A stretch of DNA of 64,000 bases from Azolla caroliniana (lineage: Eukaryota > Plantae > Polypodiophyta): the NCBI GenBank assembly GCA_043228905.1, contig JBHGNT010000008.1, positions 10,850,001 to 10,914,000 of the forward strand. The letters are read 5' to 3'. Position 1 is the first letter of the stretch; every line of letters begins with the position of its first letter. Both the position numbers and the translations under genes were made by a program. Shown piece by piece: positions 51,424 to 63,703 of the stretch. Under the pieces are notes generated by a model. It saw only the letters and a list, made by a program, of their open reading frames with translations. It made no database searches and was not told where the DNA came from.

Positions 51424-52069
51424 TCCCCAACTCTTGTCTATCCTTCATGTCCACGGCTTTCAAGAAGTACAAAGTCTTGTCCTCCTCAAGCAGCACTTGG
51501 TCCATGTTGGGGAGACGACTAAACATTTGGTCGAACTCGTCGTACACCCTCGAGACGCTCATCTTCTTATTTTTCTTCTCTATCCATTTCATCAAGGCAT
51601 GTCGAGTCATCCTCGACAAATCTTCCGTCTCGAACTCCGCTAATATCGATTTCTCGAACTTTGACCACGTTGTCTTCCCTTCTTGAAGCTCGATGACGCG
51701 CCTTTGGATGTTGTTGGCGACCACTCTCTTGAAGCTTGTGATTTGACGTGCTTCGGACACGTCCCTTTGATTCATGTCCCTTCTATATGCATCAAGGAAC
51801 TTCGTAATGTTCCTTCCGTCGAATTGACCCTCGAGCTCAACGACACGGTTAACGGCCTTTCCCACGCTCGCATCGTTGTCTCGAGATCTCATCATTTGTT
51901 TGACGATCAACATCATCCTTTCGAACTCTCCTGCTTGATTGCTTGAGGACACCATCTCAAAGTATCTGTCGATCCTCGATTTGATCCTTCCTGCCGCCTC
52001 TTTCACATTGGGTTCACCACTTAATTATGTCGCCTCACGATCCGCACGTAGTGACGGATCTTCACGACA

Positions 52070-52540
52070 TCGCCATACCGAATTTGAAGAGCATACTCAA
52101 CACATAGAGGAGTTGACTGATCAGTATGCCTTTCGGGCTGCGAATCACTTCGATCCCGAGGAAGTAATGAAGGTTCCCAAGATCCTTCATGTCAAACGAT
52201 ACCGCAAGTTGGGATTTGACGGAGCCAATTTTGTCCAGGTCGGCGCCGGCGATGACAAGATCATCCACATAGAGCAATATGTTGACCGGTCAGTTCTGAC
52301 CTTGCTAGATGAAAACTGAAGAGTCAGATTTTGACGGAGCAAACGCCAACCGACTGTCTGTGTGATCTTCGTGTTCCAAGCGTGCAACGCTTGCTTAAGT
52401 CCGTAGAGGGAATTGGCACACTACTGATGTATTCATATCAGCCTGAAATCCGAGGGGCTGAATCATATACACTTGTTCCTCAAGATCACCTTGTAGGAAC
52501 ACGCCCTTTACATCCATCTAATGTGGATGCCACCCCTGAC
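52070..52540 (-). mobile_element. Copia RT fragment (D/F/M lineage)
   Basis: [15 protein letters not shown] and LYVDDLVIAG...MKDLGNLHYFLGIEV. Confidence 0.88.
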
Positions 52541-52541
52541 G

Positions 52542-53345
52542 CGTAAGTGTATGCCGAAACATATGAGGATCTGTCTCAGTTAATACTCAGAAAACAACAT
52601 AGAAAGAGAAGCAAAGATATACACAGATTGAAGCTTTAATGGAAGCTCTATAACGTTCTCTGTGTGTCTCTCTCTCAGAGACTCGATATATGATATATGA
52701 TGAAGAAGATCGTCTCTTTACAAAGTTAGGTTATTGCTTGTATATACTAAGCCCGAAGTAAGTGGATGAGTTCACAATAGGATACAAAGTAGAAGGAGTC
52801 GGCCTTTTATGCCAACAAACTCCCCCGTAAAAGGACTACTCTTTCTTACATATACAAAAGTTTGGGTTTGTCTCCCCTGTAAACCTAGATTACAACACTA
52901 AAATCTAAATTTATGTTACAAGTCGGTTGGCATAGGTGAGGTCCGTGTGGAGCCTAGTATGACTAATTATCATGATTGATTCGGTCGATTCTTACCTTCT
53001 GCTCCTCGTTTGACTTTCTTTTGCTTGGTCGCTTATTCGTAGTCCCATCTTTGTCCTTACTGCTCTGAAGCGTTGATCTGGGATCTGTGTCGGTGTCCAT
53101 TCCAGCTATAGCTTCTTCATAAGTGCTTGGTTCGCCTGCATCGGTGTAGTTGACGTAGTCGAGGCCCAGTTGAAAAAACTCTGTTGGACTTCAAGATCGT
53201 CCAGATCTCCTGGGTGCTAAGATAAGTGGTTTGGATTCTTCGATCGACTCGGTTGGGCGATCGGTATTTGTTGAGCCATTTGTGTCATGAGTCTTGTTAG
53301 GTGACCTACCCCCATGTTGGGACATCAACGTTGTTGTACCGTTCT
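52542..53345 (-). mobile_element. 3' end of an internally deleted copia element J (INT-RT linker, PPT, 3' LTR ~52542-52817)
   Basis: Minus strand has DYVNYTDAGEPSTYEEA near 53110-53162 with no RT following. PPT GGGGGAGTT (52826-52818) precedes TGTTGGCA. Confidence 0.6.
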
Positions 53346-53363
53346 TGTTACTCGGCCGCTCTG

Positions 53364-54205
53364 TGTTACCCGGCCGACAAAGGAGTTAAAGACCAGAATG
53401 TGAAATGGATTGTATATTCGGAATCATTATAATTAAGTAGTTTATGAGATGTGAATGGACGGACCAGAATCGGTATGCCGATCCGGATCCGGACCGGTTC
53501 CGAACAGGTGCCGGTTGGCACCGTTTTGTACTCAGCACCGGTGACCTATATAAAGGCCCGGTTACAATGTAAAACTTTGACGGATAATTAATAGAGCTTC
53601 TTGTTTTATCTTTAAGTGTTGATTATCGTTCTATGCTAATTGTTCTATCATGCGTGTGTATCAAGTCTAATGCCATATTGCTAAGTAACCAATTAAAGTC
53701 AGATTAATTGTTGAGTCTTAAGTTATCTCGCCGTAGCACCCCTTTGGTGAAGTGTCTTCCGTAGACACCCTGTGTTAGGCCATTGTCCGGCCCTAAGGAA
53801 TAACATAGTTTTTTGCGACCACGATTCCTGCACAATCGCAACGAACAACGGCAGGAATGGATGACTAGACCAACGAACGACCCGGTTACGGAGCGAGCAA
53901 GGAGACTTGCTGAACGGTTGAGGAAGCGAGAGGCTTTCCAACAAGCGGCAGAAGAAATAAGAACGGATCGCTCATTTTCCAAGGAGATCCAGAGAGTGGC
54001 CAAGGAGTCACTTTGTTTACAACAAAACGACTATCCGGACGAAGGAAGCAGCCTAAGCAGCCTTCGGGAAGCGGAATCCCTTCTCCAAGTATTGGCAGTG
54101 GGCGAGGACGAATCCGAAGCATTTTCGGCTTTTGAATCGGATTCAGAAGGGGAATACAGCGCACATACGAACTACCGCAGCAGTAACGACACCCCAAACG
54201 GACCA
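53364..54205 (+). mobile_element. 5' LTR (53364-53805), PBS and gag start of gypsy element I, interrupted by its relative H
   Basis: The LTR TGTTACCCGG...AATAACA aligns with the H LTR. Degenerate PBS TTGCGACCACG. MTRPTNDPVTERARRLAER matches the H gag N-terminus. Confidence 0.88.
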
Positions 54206-54692
54206 TGTTACCGGCCGGCAAAGGAGTCCAGAGTGTGTAACGAAGGAGTTATTTAATTATTAAGGAATGGTTGTAAGTAAGCTATTAGTGTGGACGGACG
54301 GACCGGAATCGGTATGCCGTTCCGGATCCGAACCGATCCCGAACAGGTGCGGATGGCACCGTTTTGTACTACAAACCAGAAACCTATTTAAAGGCCCGGA
54401 TGCAATGTAATGTTCAGGGGATAATTAATGAAGCTTAGTGTTTTTATCTCTTTGTGTTAATTTCCGTTCTGCATTCATTGTTATATCTTACGCGTGTGAT
54501 TATTAAGGACGATCTTGCTAAGTAACCTAATTAAGTCGGATTAATCGTTGAGCCTAATCCTCTTGCCGTAACACCCCTTTGGTGAAGTGTCTTCCGTAGA
54601 CACCCTGTGTTAGGCCATTGTCCGGCCCTAAGAGTTAACACAGTTTTTGGTGACCACGATTCCTGTTTTTGCAGCGAACAACGACATGAATG

Positions 54693-57600
54693 GATGACTA
54701 GATCAACGCACGACCTGGTTACAGATCGAACTCGACGCCTTGCCGAAAGGCAAAGGAGACGTGAGGCTTTCCAGCAAGCGGCGCGGGAAATTACAGCGGA
54801 TCGCTCGTTTTCCAACGTAATCCGGAGAGTAGCGGAGGAGTCCCTTCGGTTACAGCAAACATCACACCCGGACGACGGCAGCAGCCTAATAAGCCTCTGG
54901 GAAACCGAATCCCTTCTCCATGCGCTGGCAAGCGGAGAAGGCAAAGCAGAAGCCTTTTCAACGTATGAATCGGATTCCGAAGGGGGTTACAACATGCACA
55001 TGAACTACCGTAGGAGCAATGACACCCCGGGCGAACCGGAGGATGAAGGATCAGACACCTTACCGACACCTGAACCGGAAGTGCTAAGGCTGGAACCTCC
55101 AGAACCAGAAGCAGAGGAAGAGCGACCTCCGACACCGGAAGTCGAGGAGGAGAGGCCTCCGTCACCAAAAGAAGAGGAAAGACCACCGACGCCGGAGAAA
55201 AACCAGGAACGACCACCAACACCACCAGCCCGCGCACTGATACCGGACGACGACATGCCGTTCCAGTACTCCAAGTATAGAGACGATCTTGACGCGGAAG
55301 CTCATGTTCACGCCTTTGAACAGACATGGGAAGCAAACCATGTGTCCCAACGATTGACCTCGGAGGAAGAGGAACGCTCTAAGATAGCGGAATTTGGCGT
55401 CACATTGGAGGGACCGGCAGCAAGATGGCGACGGACGCAGGACCCGTCTACCAACACCACCTTCGCAGATTCTTGCATTTTTTCCAAAAGGAGGTGGACC
55501 AGACAGTATTGGTGGGCTTGTTTTATACCATCCGACAGGAGGAAGGCGAGAGCATTCCCCAGTTTGTCATCCGGTTTCAACGGATGCATAGTCAGCTTGC
55601 CCGCGCACCCCCGGAGGAGGAATTACGGACTATATTCCTAAATGCGCTCCGGGAACCCCTACACACGGTTTGCACGGTAATTGACTTCCGCACAAGTACC
55701 ATCGACCAGGTCATTGACCGGGTGAGAGAGATGGAAAAGACAAGCTCCTGGTTCACACTTGGAGCACTCCAACAGGCGTTACCGTCCGATGAAGACCTCC
55801 GGTTTCGGCAAGCAATACAGTGCACAACCTGCTTGAATTCCGGACACTCGGCACTAGAATGCACTATGAGGACGCAATGTGTAATCTGTCAATGCAAGGG
55901 CCATACGACGGATAGGTGCGAGTATAATCTATTGAACCGGCAAGCACCGCTCGTCCGACAAATAGAGCCACGCAGCAGCCGGGAGGAAGAAGAGGAACGC
56001 TGGCGGCGAATGGACCGCGGCCGATCGGCATAGGATGTTCGGTTTGGCGATCGACGGGAGAATGATGTCCGGTATGGTGATCGGCAGGATAACTACGACC
56101 GGTACGATAGATATGATCGGTACCGGGATTACAATAGACGATACGAACATTACAACCGGGAGCACTCCCCCGGGTATCGTCAGCAACGGGAGGAATACGG
56201 CAAATATAACGACCAACCTCGTCAAGAATACCGCAATAAGAAGAACTATAACAAAAAACGGCATTTCAAAAAAGGCGGCCACCCACGGGATTCGGAACAA
56301 GGAGCTTCAAGCAGCCAACCGACCCAAAACCCCCCGCTTACCACAGGACCTGCCCCGGGTACAACAAACAATGCCGAATCCAGCAATACCCGAAAAGCCT
56401 ACTGCTACTACTGCCGACAGGAAGGCCATTATAGTAATCAATGCCCGACGAAGAGCTATGACAAACGACCGATATTAAATATGGTAGTCCCTGAAATGGC
56501 AGATCTGCAGCAGGTGACCACAAGGTTGAAGGGCATGGCCAAGGAATGGGAGACGCAGGAGACAATCCGGAAGCAAGGGACGGAATGGGTGAAGAAAGCA
56601 AACGGGCAAAACGTAACAGACTTAGAGCGGCAAAAGGAGAACACCGTAGGGCTTGCCGACGGCAGTTACTTCGAGAACGAGACATGGCAGGCGTTGCAAG
56701 AATGCCAGATTATGTTGCCACTAGGAAGACTCCTACAGCTCGTGCCGAGATTCACGGAAGGACCGAAGACAGCCATGACGGCAGGAGAATCATCACCGGC
56801 ACCGGTACTCTTCTCGAATCCGGAGGAGGGACCAACGGTGGTGGACACCAACAGTCCGGTAATTACTGCCATTGTAAAAGGGAAAGAACTCCCCGACACA
56901 GTAATAGACGGAGGCTCCGGTGTGAATGTAATAAGCCTCCGGACGTGTGATGCCCTGGGAATCCACGAGTGGGAGCCGTGTCCGTTCTGGTTACGGATGG
57001 CCGATACAAGCTCAATGCGGCCGACAAGATTAATACGAAAATTAGAAGTCACCGTTGGCGGTCATACATTTCACATCTCGACATTAGTGCTACAATTACA
57101 GGCACAAGGCGTGTACCCGCTATTGTTGGGGCGGCCGTGGTTGAAAACGACACATATCAAACAGAATTGGAGGAAAAATATAATTACCTTCCGATGAGAA
57201 AAAGCCAAGGTACTTGTACCAACACAGCCAAGGACGAGCACTGGCAAGGAATGGACACCGTTGTATGCAGAGTGCGTCAACATGCTAGAAGGGTTAGCTG
57301 ACGAAGAAGAAGCTCAGTACTTGCAGGAAAACCCGAAGATCGTACCCCTCTTCGAAATTGACATTGCCGAAGCAGTAGCACCATACTTACCGCAGCCGGA
57401 AGAGATTGAAGCAGAACCGGATAAGGACGCAATCCGAGAGTTACGGCAAGCGCAGGAAGCGTTGGAACGGGAAATGACCATTTCACAGCGCGTAAAAGCG
57501 TTGCAACTTGAAGAGGTGAACCTAGGGACCACGGACGAAGCAAAACTGGTGCACATCGCCAAGGAGATGAAGTCCGAAGGCAAAACGGCGATGATCACAC

Positions 57601-60501
57601 TTCTCACGGAATTTCGCGACGTGTTTGCCTGGTCATACGAAGACATGCGAGGGCTTGACCCTGAGTTATACCAGCATCAGATTCACTTGAGCAAGGACGC
57701 AAAACCAGTGGCACAAAGATAGTACCAGATGAATCCCAATTATGCCGCCAAAGTCAAGGAGGAAATCGACAAACTGCTAAGAGTTGGCTTTATCCATCCG
57801 GTAAAGAAAGCGACATGGCTGAGCCCGATCGTAGTCGTACCGAAGAAGAATGGAAAAATTCGAGTTTTTGTGGACTACCGGAAACTCAATGCGGCTACGG
57901 TAATGGATGCGTTTCCACTTCCGTTCACAGATGGAGCGTTGGATGCCGTCGCCGACCATGAGGTCTATAGCTTTCTAGACGGATTCAGTGGGTATAATCA
58001 GATCCGAATGCACCCCGGCGACCAAGAGAAAACGACTTTTGTCACCGAATGGGGGGTGTTTGTGGCCGTGGTGATGATGTTCGGACTCAAAACGGCACCG
58101 GCAACATTCCAACGAATCATCATGGAAATCTTTGGTGAATATATCCTGGCTTTTATGTAGGTTTTCCTTGACAATTTCGCCGTCTATAGCCGGGAAGAGG
58201 ACCATTTTCAGCACCTCCGTCTTTGTCTAGAAAAAGTGTAGAGCGTACCGGCTAAGCTTGAATCCGGTGAAGTGTGTATTTGGCGTGTCTAGTGGAACCC
58301 TACTAGGACATATTGTGAGCAAGGAAGGCATTGCAGTCGACTCGGACAAAGTGAAAGCCATATTAGAAGCACCGGCGCCGACAACGGCAAAGGCATTGAG
58401 CCGGTTCTTAGGCCAGATCCGGTGGCACAACCGGATGCTCCGATACTTGGCCGACCTGGCTACACCGTTGCATGCCGCGGTACATCGAACCCCATTCCAA
58501 TGGACCGACACCGAGGATAGGGCGTATAGGCCCCTCAAGGTACTATTGTCGCAAGCACTGGTAGTGCAGCCTCCGGATTGGAGTAAAGAATTTCATGTGT
58601 TCGTGGACGCCTCCGACATCGCAATCGGAAGCGTATTGATGCAGCTTACAGAGCCAAAGTGGTACCGGCCAATATATTATGCCAGCCGAAAGCTATCCCA
58701 AGCGGAACGAAACTACTCTACCACGGAACGGGAAGCTCTAGGGATGATCTACAGTGTGACAAAGTTTCGGCATTATTTATTGTGAAGGAAGTTTTCCTTC
58801 CATGTAGATCATTCGGCACTCCTCTACCTGGTGTCCAAGGCGTCACTCACCGGTAAGTTGGCCCGGTGGACCTTACTGTTACAGGAATTCGAGTTCGAAA
58901 TATTCCACCGACCCAGTATACAGCATGCCATAGCGGATTATTTAAGCCGATTAGAGTCCGGAGAGACGGGCGACGGAGTAGCGGACGAGTTTCCGGATGC
59001 GGAGCTGTTTCGAGTCACTACGGAAACGGCAGTAGATGAGACGGTGGCACAGGAAGACAAGTGGCTCACAAATATGCACCAGTTTCTGAGCACAGGATTG
59101 CCTCCGGAGGAGATGAACCAGGATGAAAGGAAACGCCTGGCGGTGCAAAGCTAACATTTCTGCTTACTGCGAGACACACTTTACCACAAGGGTGCGGACG
59201 ACATATGGAGACGGGCTGTGCGCAGCGATGAAAAGGACCACATACTGAGGGAAGCCCATTGCGGAGTTGCCGGAGGTCACTATGCCGGAGATGCGAAGGC
59301 CAGGAAAATATGGCAAAGTGGCCTATGGTGGCCAACTACATTAAGAGATGTTGTACGGTACGCAAAAGAATGTGACCTATGCCAGCGAATGGGCCAGCCA
59401 ACGGAGCAAGCTCGGATGCCACACCAGCTTGTATTACCACTCGAACCATTCCAGAATTGGGGGCTGGACTTTGTTGGACCGTTCAAACCACCGGCAATGA
59501 GAACAAATAAACGGTACATCATCGTCGTGACAGATTACTGCACGAAATGGGTGGAGGCCAAAGCCTTAAGGGACAACACCGCTGCGTCAACGGCAAAATT
59601 TCTATACGAATACATCTGGTGCCGTTACGGATGCCCAATCGAATTAAAAAGCGACCAAGGGGGGCACTTTCTCGGCCAAATAGTTGAAAGCCTGATGACA
59701 TTCTATGCCGTTGTCCATAAACGGAGCACACCATACTGTCCGCAAGCAAACGAGTTAGCTGAGTCGATGAACAAAACGCTCCAGAATATCCTCTGGAAGA
59801 TTGTCAATGAAAACCGAACGGATTGGGATACCAAGCTACATAGTGCACTTTGGGCATACCGGACAACATATAAAACGAGCATCCGAACAACACCGTTCCG
59901 GTTAGCGTTCGGACTAGAGGCGGTCATGCCGGTGGAATTCCAAGTACTAAGCTTACGGATCCAACTACGGGAACGGCTGAACGAGAAGGAGTCGGAGGCA
60001 ATACGGTTAACAGCGCTGTGTGAACTCGAGGAACAACGACTGGCAAGCATCTTGCACTTAGAATTGGAACAATGGCGACGAAAAGCATTTATCGACCGAC
60101 ACAAGAAAGGAAATGAAAAAATGTTCGAAATCGGCAAGCCGGTGTTAGTATTTCAGACCCGGATGGGCAAGATGCCGGGTAAACTACGGTTTCGATGGAC
60201 CGGCCTGTATTGGCTAACATGTGAGTATAATGGGTCCTACCAGTTAGGGACACTTGCCGGCGAAGTGCTAGGCAAATGGCTCAACGGATTCAGATTGAAG
60301 CCATATAGAGGACCGATGCCCAAGAACCCATTTGAGCAAAGTACCGACACCGGATCGGGAACCAGTGCGGAAACGGCAACCTGTGAGGGAAACAACAACC
60401 ACCAAGACAGAGGAGACGGCAAGCCGGTAACTGGGGAGAACAAGGCGACGGCAAACCGTAATGAGGCCGGTAAGGGTCCGACAGGACCAACTGACAATTA
60501 A
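54693..60501 (+). pseudogene. Disrupted gag-pol of element H
   Basis: Gag with EEERPPTP repeats and three CCHC knuckles, PR VIDGGSGVN, RT SPIVVVPKK...FLDGFSGYNQI, RH VDASD...NYSTTERE, INT WGLDFVGP...KLRFRWTG. In-frame stops at about 57195, 57720, 58158, 58783 and 59152. Confidence 0.92.
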
Positions 60502-60882
60502 CCTCACACTACATTTTAAAAAATTAAAAAAGAAAAAGAAAAAAGCAAACTAATCATGCAAAAGCGAGGTATGAACGGACGAGAGAGCGAGGAGCGAAAA
60601 GGTACGTAGTGGGCATTTAAGCGCCGCCACAGGACATAATGCTATTTTAGGACACGACGTGCACACGCTCGAAAAAGGCGCCAGAATGCACAGAGAAAAA
60701 CCACATCGCATGGAGACTTTCTACTTTCGCGAACCCAGGAGCACAGAAGCACCAAGGCGTTGGAAGATCACCAGACGAGAACCTACGCACAGAGAACCCT
60801 CGCTTTCTGAACTCTCTCTCTCTCTCTCTCTCACTCTCATCACCATCCAACCTCGCCACCACAATCCGACCTCGACATAGAC

Positions 60883-63703
60883 ATGGACCCGCAAACACTG
60901 TCGGAAGCCGCCAAGAAATGGCTAAAGCAACACGGGCTCGAAGGCTTCTTGATGATTATGGAGGTACTGCCACACAAAGAAGCCGACAAGGTAATCAAAG
61001 AAATCGACACAGAGGTCATAACGGCGGAGGCGATCCGTGCGTTAACAGGCCTTCCGGAGGGAGGCATACTCACGATTGACAATCCGACCTCGGAGCAACT
61101 CATCAAGTATTTTGGTGAGTACTCCCTAGCCAGCAAGGGCTACCGGACACAGGGCGGCGGAGATATGCTGTTCCGCGAGATTGCCCGTGTGCTCCATGAA
61201 TACGGCCATGTGTACCCTAGACCCCCTGTCATGCCGCAGAACTGGGCAGGGATGATCATCGCCACCTATGAAGGGATCAAGGTGGATTGGCCGGTATTGA
61301 TCGCAGACGGTTTGTGTGCGGCGATCGAGATTGTCAAAGGAAAAGACGACAAAGAAGGTCGGGACGGACGGAGGATATGCATGCAGTAACGCAGTGGCTC
61401 ACCTTGCTTGTGCCACCTGTCCAGCCCGTCCAGCCCAAGAAGCGGGGAAGAGTGGTGGACGGCACCCCAAAGACTGCTTCCAAAAGACAACAGCTGTTGG
61501 CCTCTAAGGCCACGAAGGGGAAGGCGGCGGACGCAGAACAGGCGGGAAAGGAGAGCGCCATCCGGAAGCGGCCAACGGATGCGCAGGAGGAACCACCGGT
61601 ACGGCCCGTAAAGATTACACTCCGCCGACCGGTGAATAGAGAAGCGGACACCTTGGCGGCGAAACTCAATGCCGGGACTCAGGAAGAGGAAATAGAAGAG
61701 GAGCCTACAGAGCACCTCCAGCGACGGTCGTCGGCAAGGACCGTTGAGGCAGCCGGGAAACGTTCGAACCCTCAGACGGAGGGAACGCTGGCTCCCCATA
61801 CTGAGACTCCCACGCCAAGGGAGGAACTGGAACCGGTGCGCATGGCACCGGAATCAGAAGCCCCTGCACCACCGGCAGCACCGACAAGTCCCTTTCCGCC
61901 AGAGCCTCCCTCGGCCAACCAAGAAGAAGTGCAAGGGGAACTAGGACAGCAGGGTGGTCCATGGGCAGAAACGGTGGTCCATGGGCAGAAACGGAATTGC
62001 AACTCCGTGCAATCAGGCGGGACCACCCACCCACAAGCAAGCCTATCCGTCAAACCTCCGTGCAAGCGCAACAACAATGCACCGGTAGCCTGTGGCTCCG
62101 GTTGATAGGTGAACAGATTGCCGGAGCAGTGGGGTATATTGAGGCGGAAGAAAGAGCGCAAAGCGAACGGTTGCTCGTCACAACCAAACAACTAGAGACG
62201 GCCCAGTCCAGAATCCGGTGCCTTGAAAAAGACTTGGATCGGGTCACAACAGAAATGGCCAAAATGGCCTTAACGGCAACACAGATCCAAGCACCGGTGA
62301 CTCCGGTAAGTGTACAGAATAAAGAACCAGACCAACCTGTACATACTAATAAGACCCCGGCAATGGAAACCGTTCCAGAGAGAGATGCGGTGCAAGCCCA
62401 GGAGCTTGCGGAATTGAGAGATGAACTTGCCGCACAAGAAGCGCTAAGGAGCCGTGAACGGGAATTGAAGACAGCGGCCGAAGCAGAATTAAAGAAGACA
62501 GCTGAGAACCTCCGCCGGGCAGAGGAGAGCCTCCGGAAAGGCCATCAAGCGTACGACCGGTTAAGGGAAGAAAAAGACAAAGTGCTGCAGGAAAAGGACA
62601 AGCTGCGGAAGACGGTGGAAACGGAAATTGAATGGCTAAAGGAGGAGCTCCGCCAGCAGAAGGACCGCGAGGACCGGGCCCGTCGACAGATCAACGTACG
62701 ACTCAAGCAAAAGACAGATGATTTTGAGCACCTGCACCTGGACTACAAACGGCTGGAAACGGAGCATAAGGAACGGGTGGCCGAGCTTTAGTAGGAAGTT
62801 GATCGGGCCGCGACGGCGCTTGCCGACGAACGAGTGGAAAATACAAGACGGTTGGACGAGGCGGAGAAGGTCTGGACGGAGCTCCAGAGGCAACAACAGG
62901 AAGAAAAGGAGAGAGCGACAACAGTATTGCAAAAATTACAAACCATATATCAAAGGCAATTGATGCATTACAAGGAGCAGGCGGAGGACAACGTCAAAAT
63001 CATCAAGCAATTGAAGGAGGAACGGCAAGCTGCGGAGATCAAATCGCAGATGGGAACAGGCCGGATTCAGTGCATCCTCCGGGCATGGCTGAATCAGACA
63101 AAACTCTTGATTGACGAAAGCTCCGTAAGATGGTGGACAAAGTGGGCACAAAATACGGCGGAACTCCAATTGCTACGGGCAGACGTGGCAAACCGGCGAA
63201 AGGAAGGAGATGATTGGTACACGTTGACTTCCGAGGACTTCACCGCCATACGGGACGAGCTGGCTGAAGACTTCCAAGTCCTGGCAGATGAACAGCTGGT
63301 GCAGGTCTGGCAACTCATAGCTCAGCTAGACGATGATAGGCTGGACGCTCAAATCCAGTTTGAAAGCTACGAGCGGTCCCGGGTTCGGGAAGGAAAAGCA
63401 CGGGAAGCGGCAACGGTTAACCTTAGTGATGAGGAACCGTCTCCGGCCGAGGGCCAGGTAGGAACCAGTCAACTGGAGACCACTACGACGGAAACGCCGG
63501 TGTCAGAGCAACAAACGGAGGAGCAGCCACAACAGCCACCAACGGACCAGCCACAACAGCCACCAACGGACCAGTCGCAGCAGCCATCAACGGAGCAGCA
63601 ACAACAGCAGCAACAACCACAACAACAACAACAACAACCAATTCTAGAGGAACCATTGGAGACTCTCGAACAAAGCATTCTGGATATTTTGGACGAAGAA
63701 TAA
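60883..63703 (+). pseudogene. Extra ORF (ORF3, env-position) of element H, ~940 codons, frameshifted in this copy
   Basis: Successive pieces 60883-61389, 61287-62105, 61961-62791 and 62834-63703: globular N-domain, Pro/Glu linker, long coiled-coil-like region, Gln-rich tail, ILDILDEE*. Homologous to 37287-39768. Confidence 0.82.
63520..63640 (+). repeat. Gln-rich coding repeat (24-nt units plus CAA/CAG run) at the end of ORF3
   Basis: QPQQPPTD-like 24-nt units followed by poly-Q. Confidence 0.85.

Larger units (their letters stand above)
49497..52069 (-). mobile_element. Non-autonomous gag-only gypsy derivative L with tRNA-Trp-type PBS
   Basis: PBS TGGTGAACCCAATGTGAA at 52019-52002. Gag GQFDGRNITKFLDAY...DRQELG|TLLEDD...ADW is homologous to the gag of G. 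A terminal 39-nt repeat is at 52031-52069 and 49952-49990. No pol; left edge uncertain. Confidence 0.7.
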
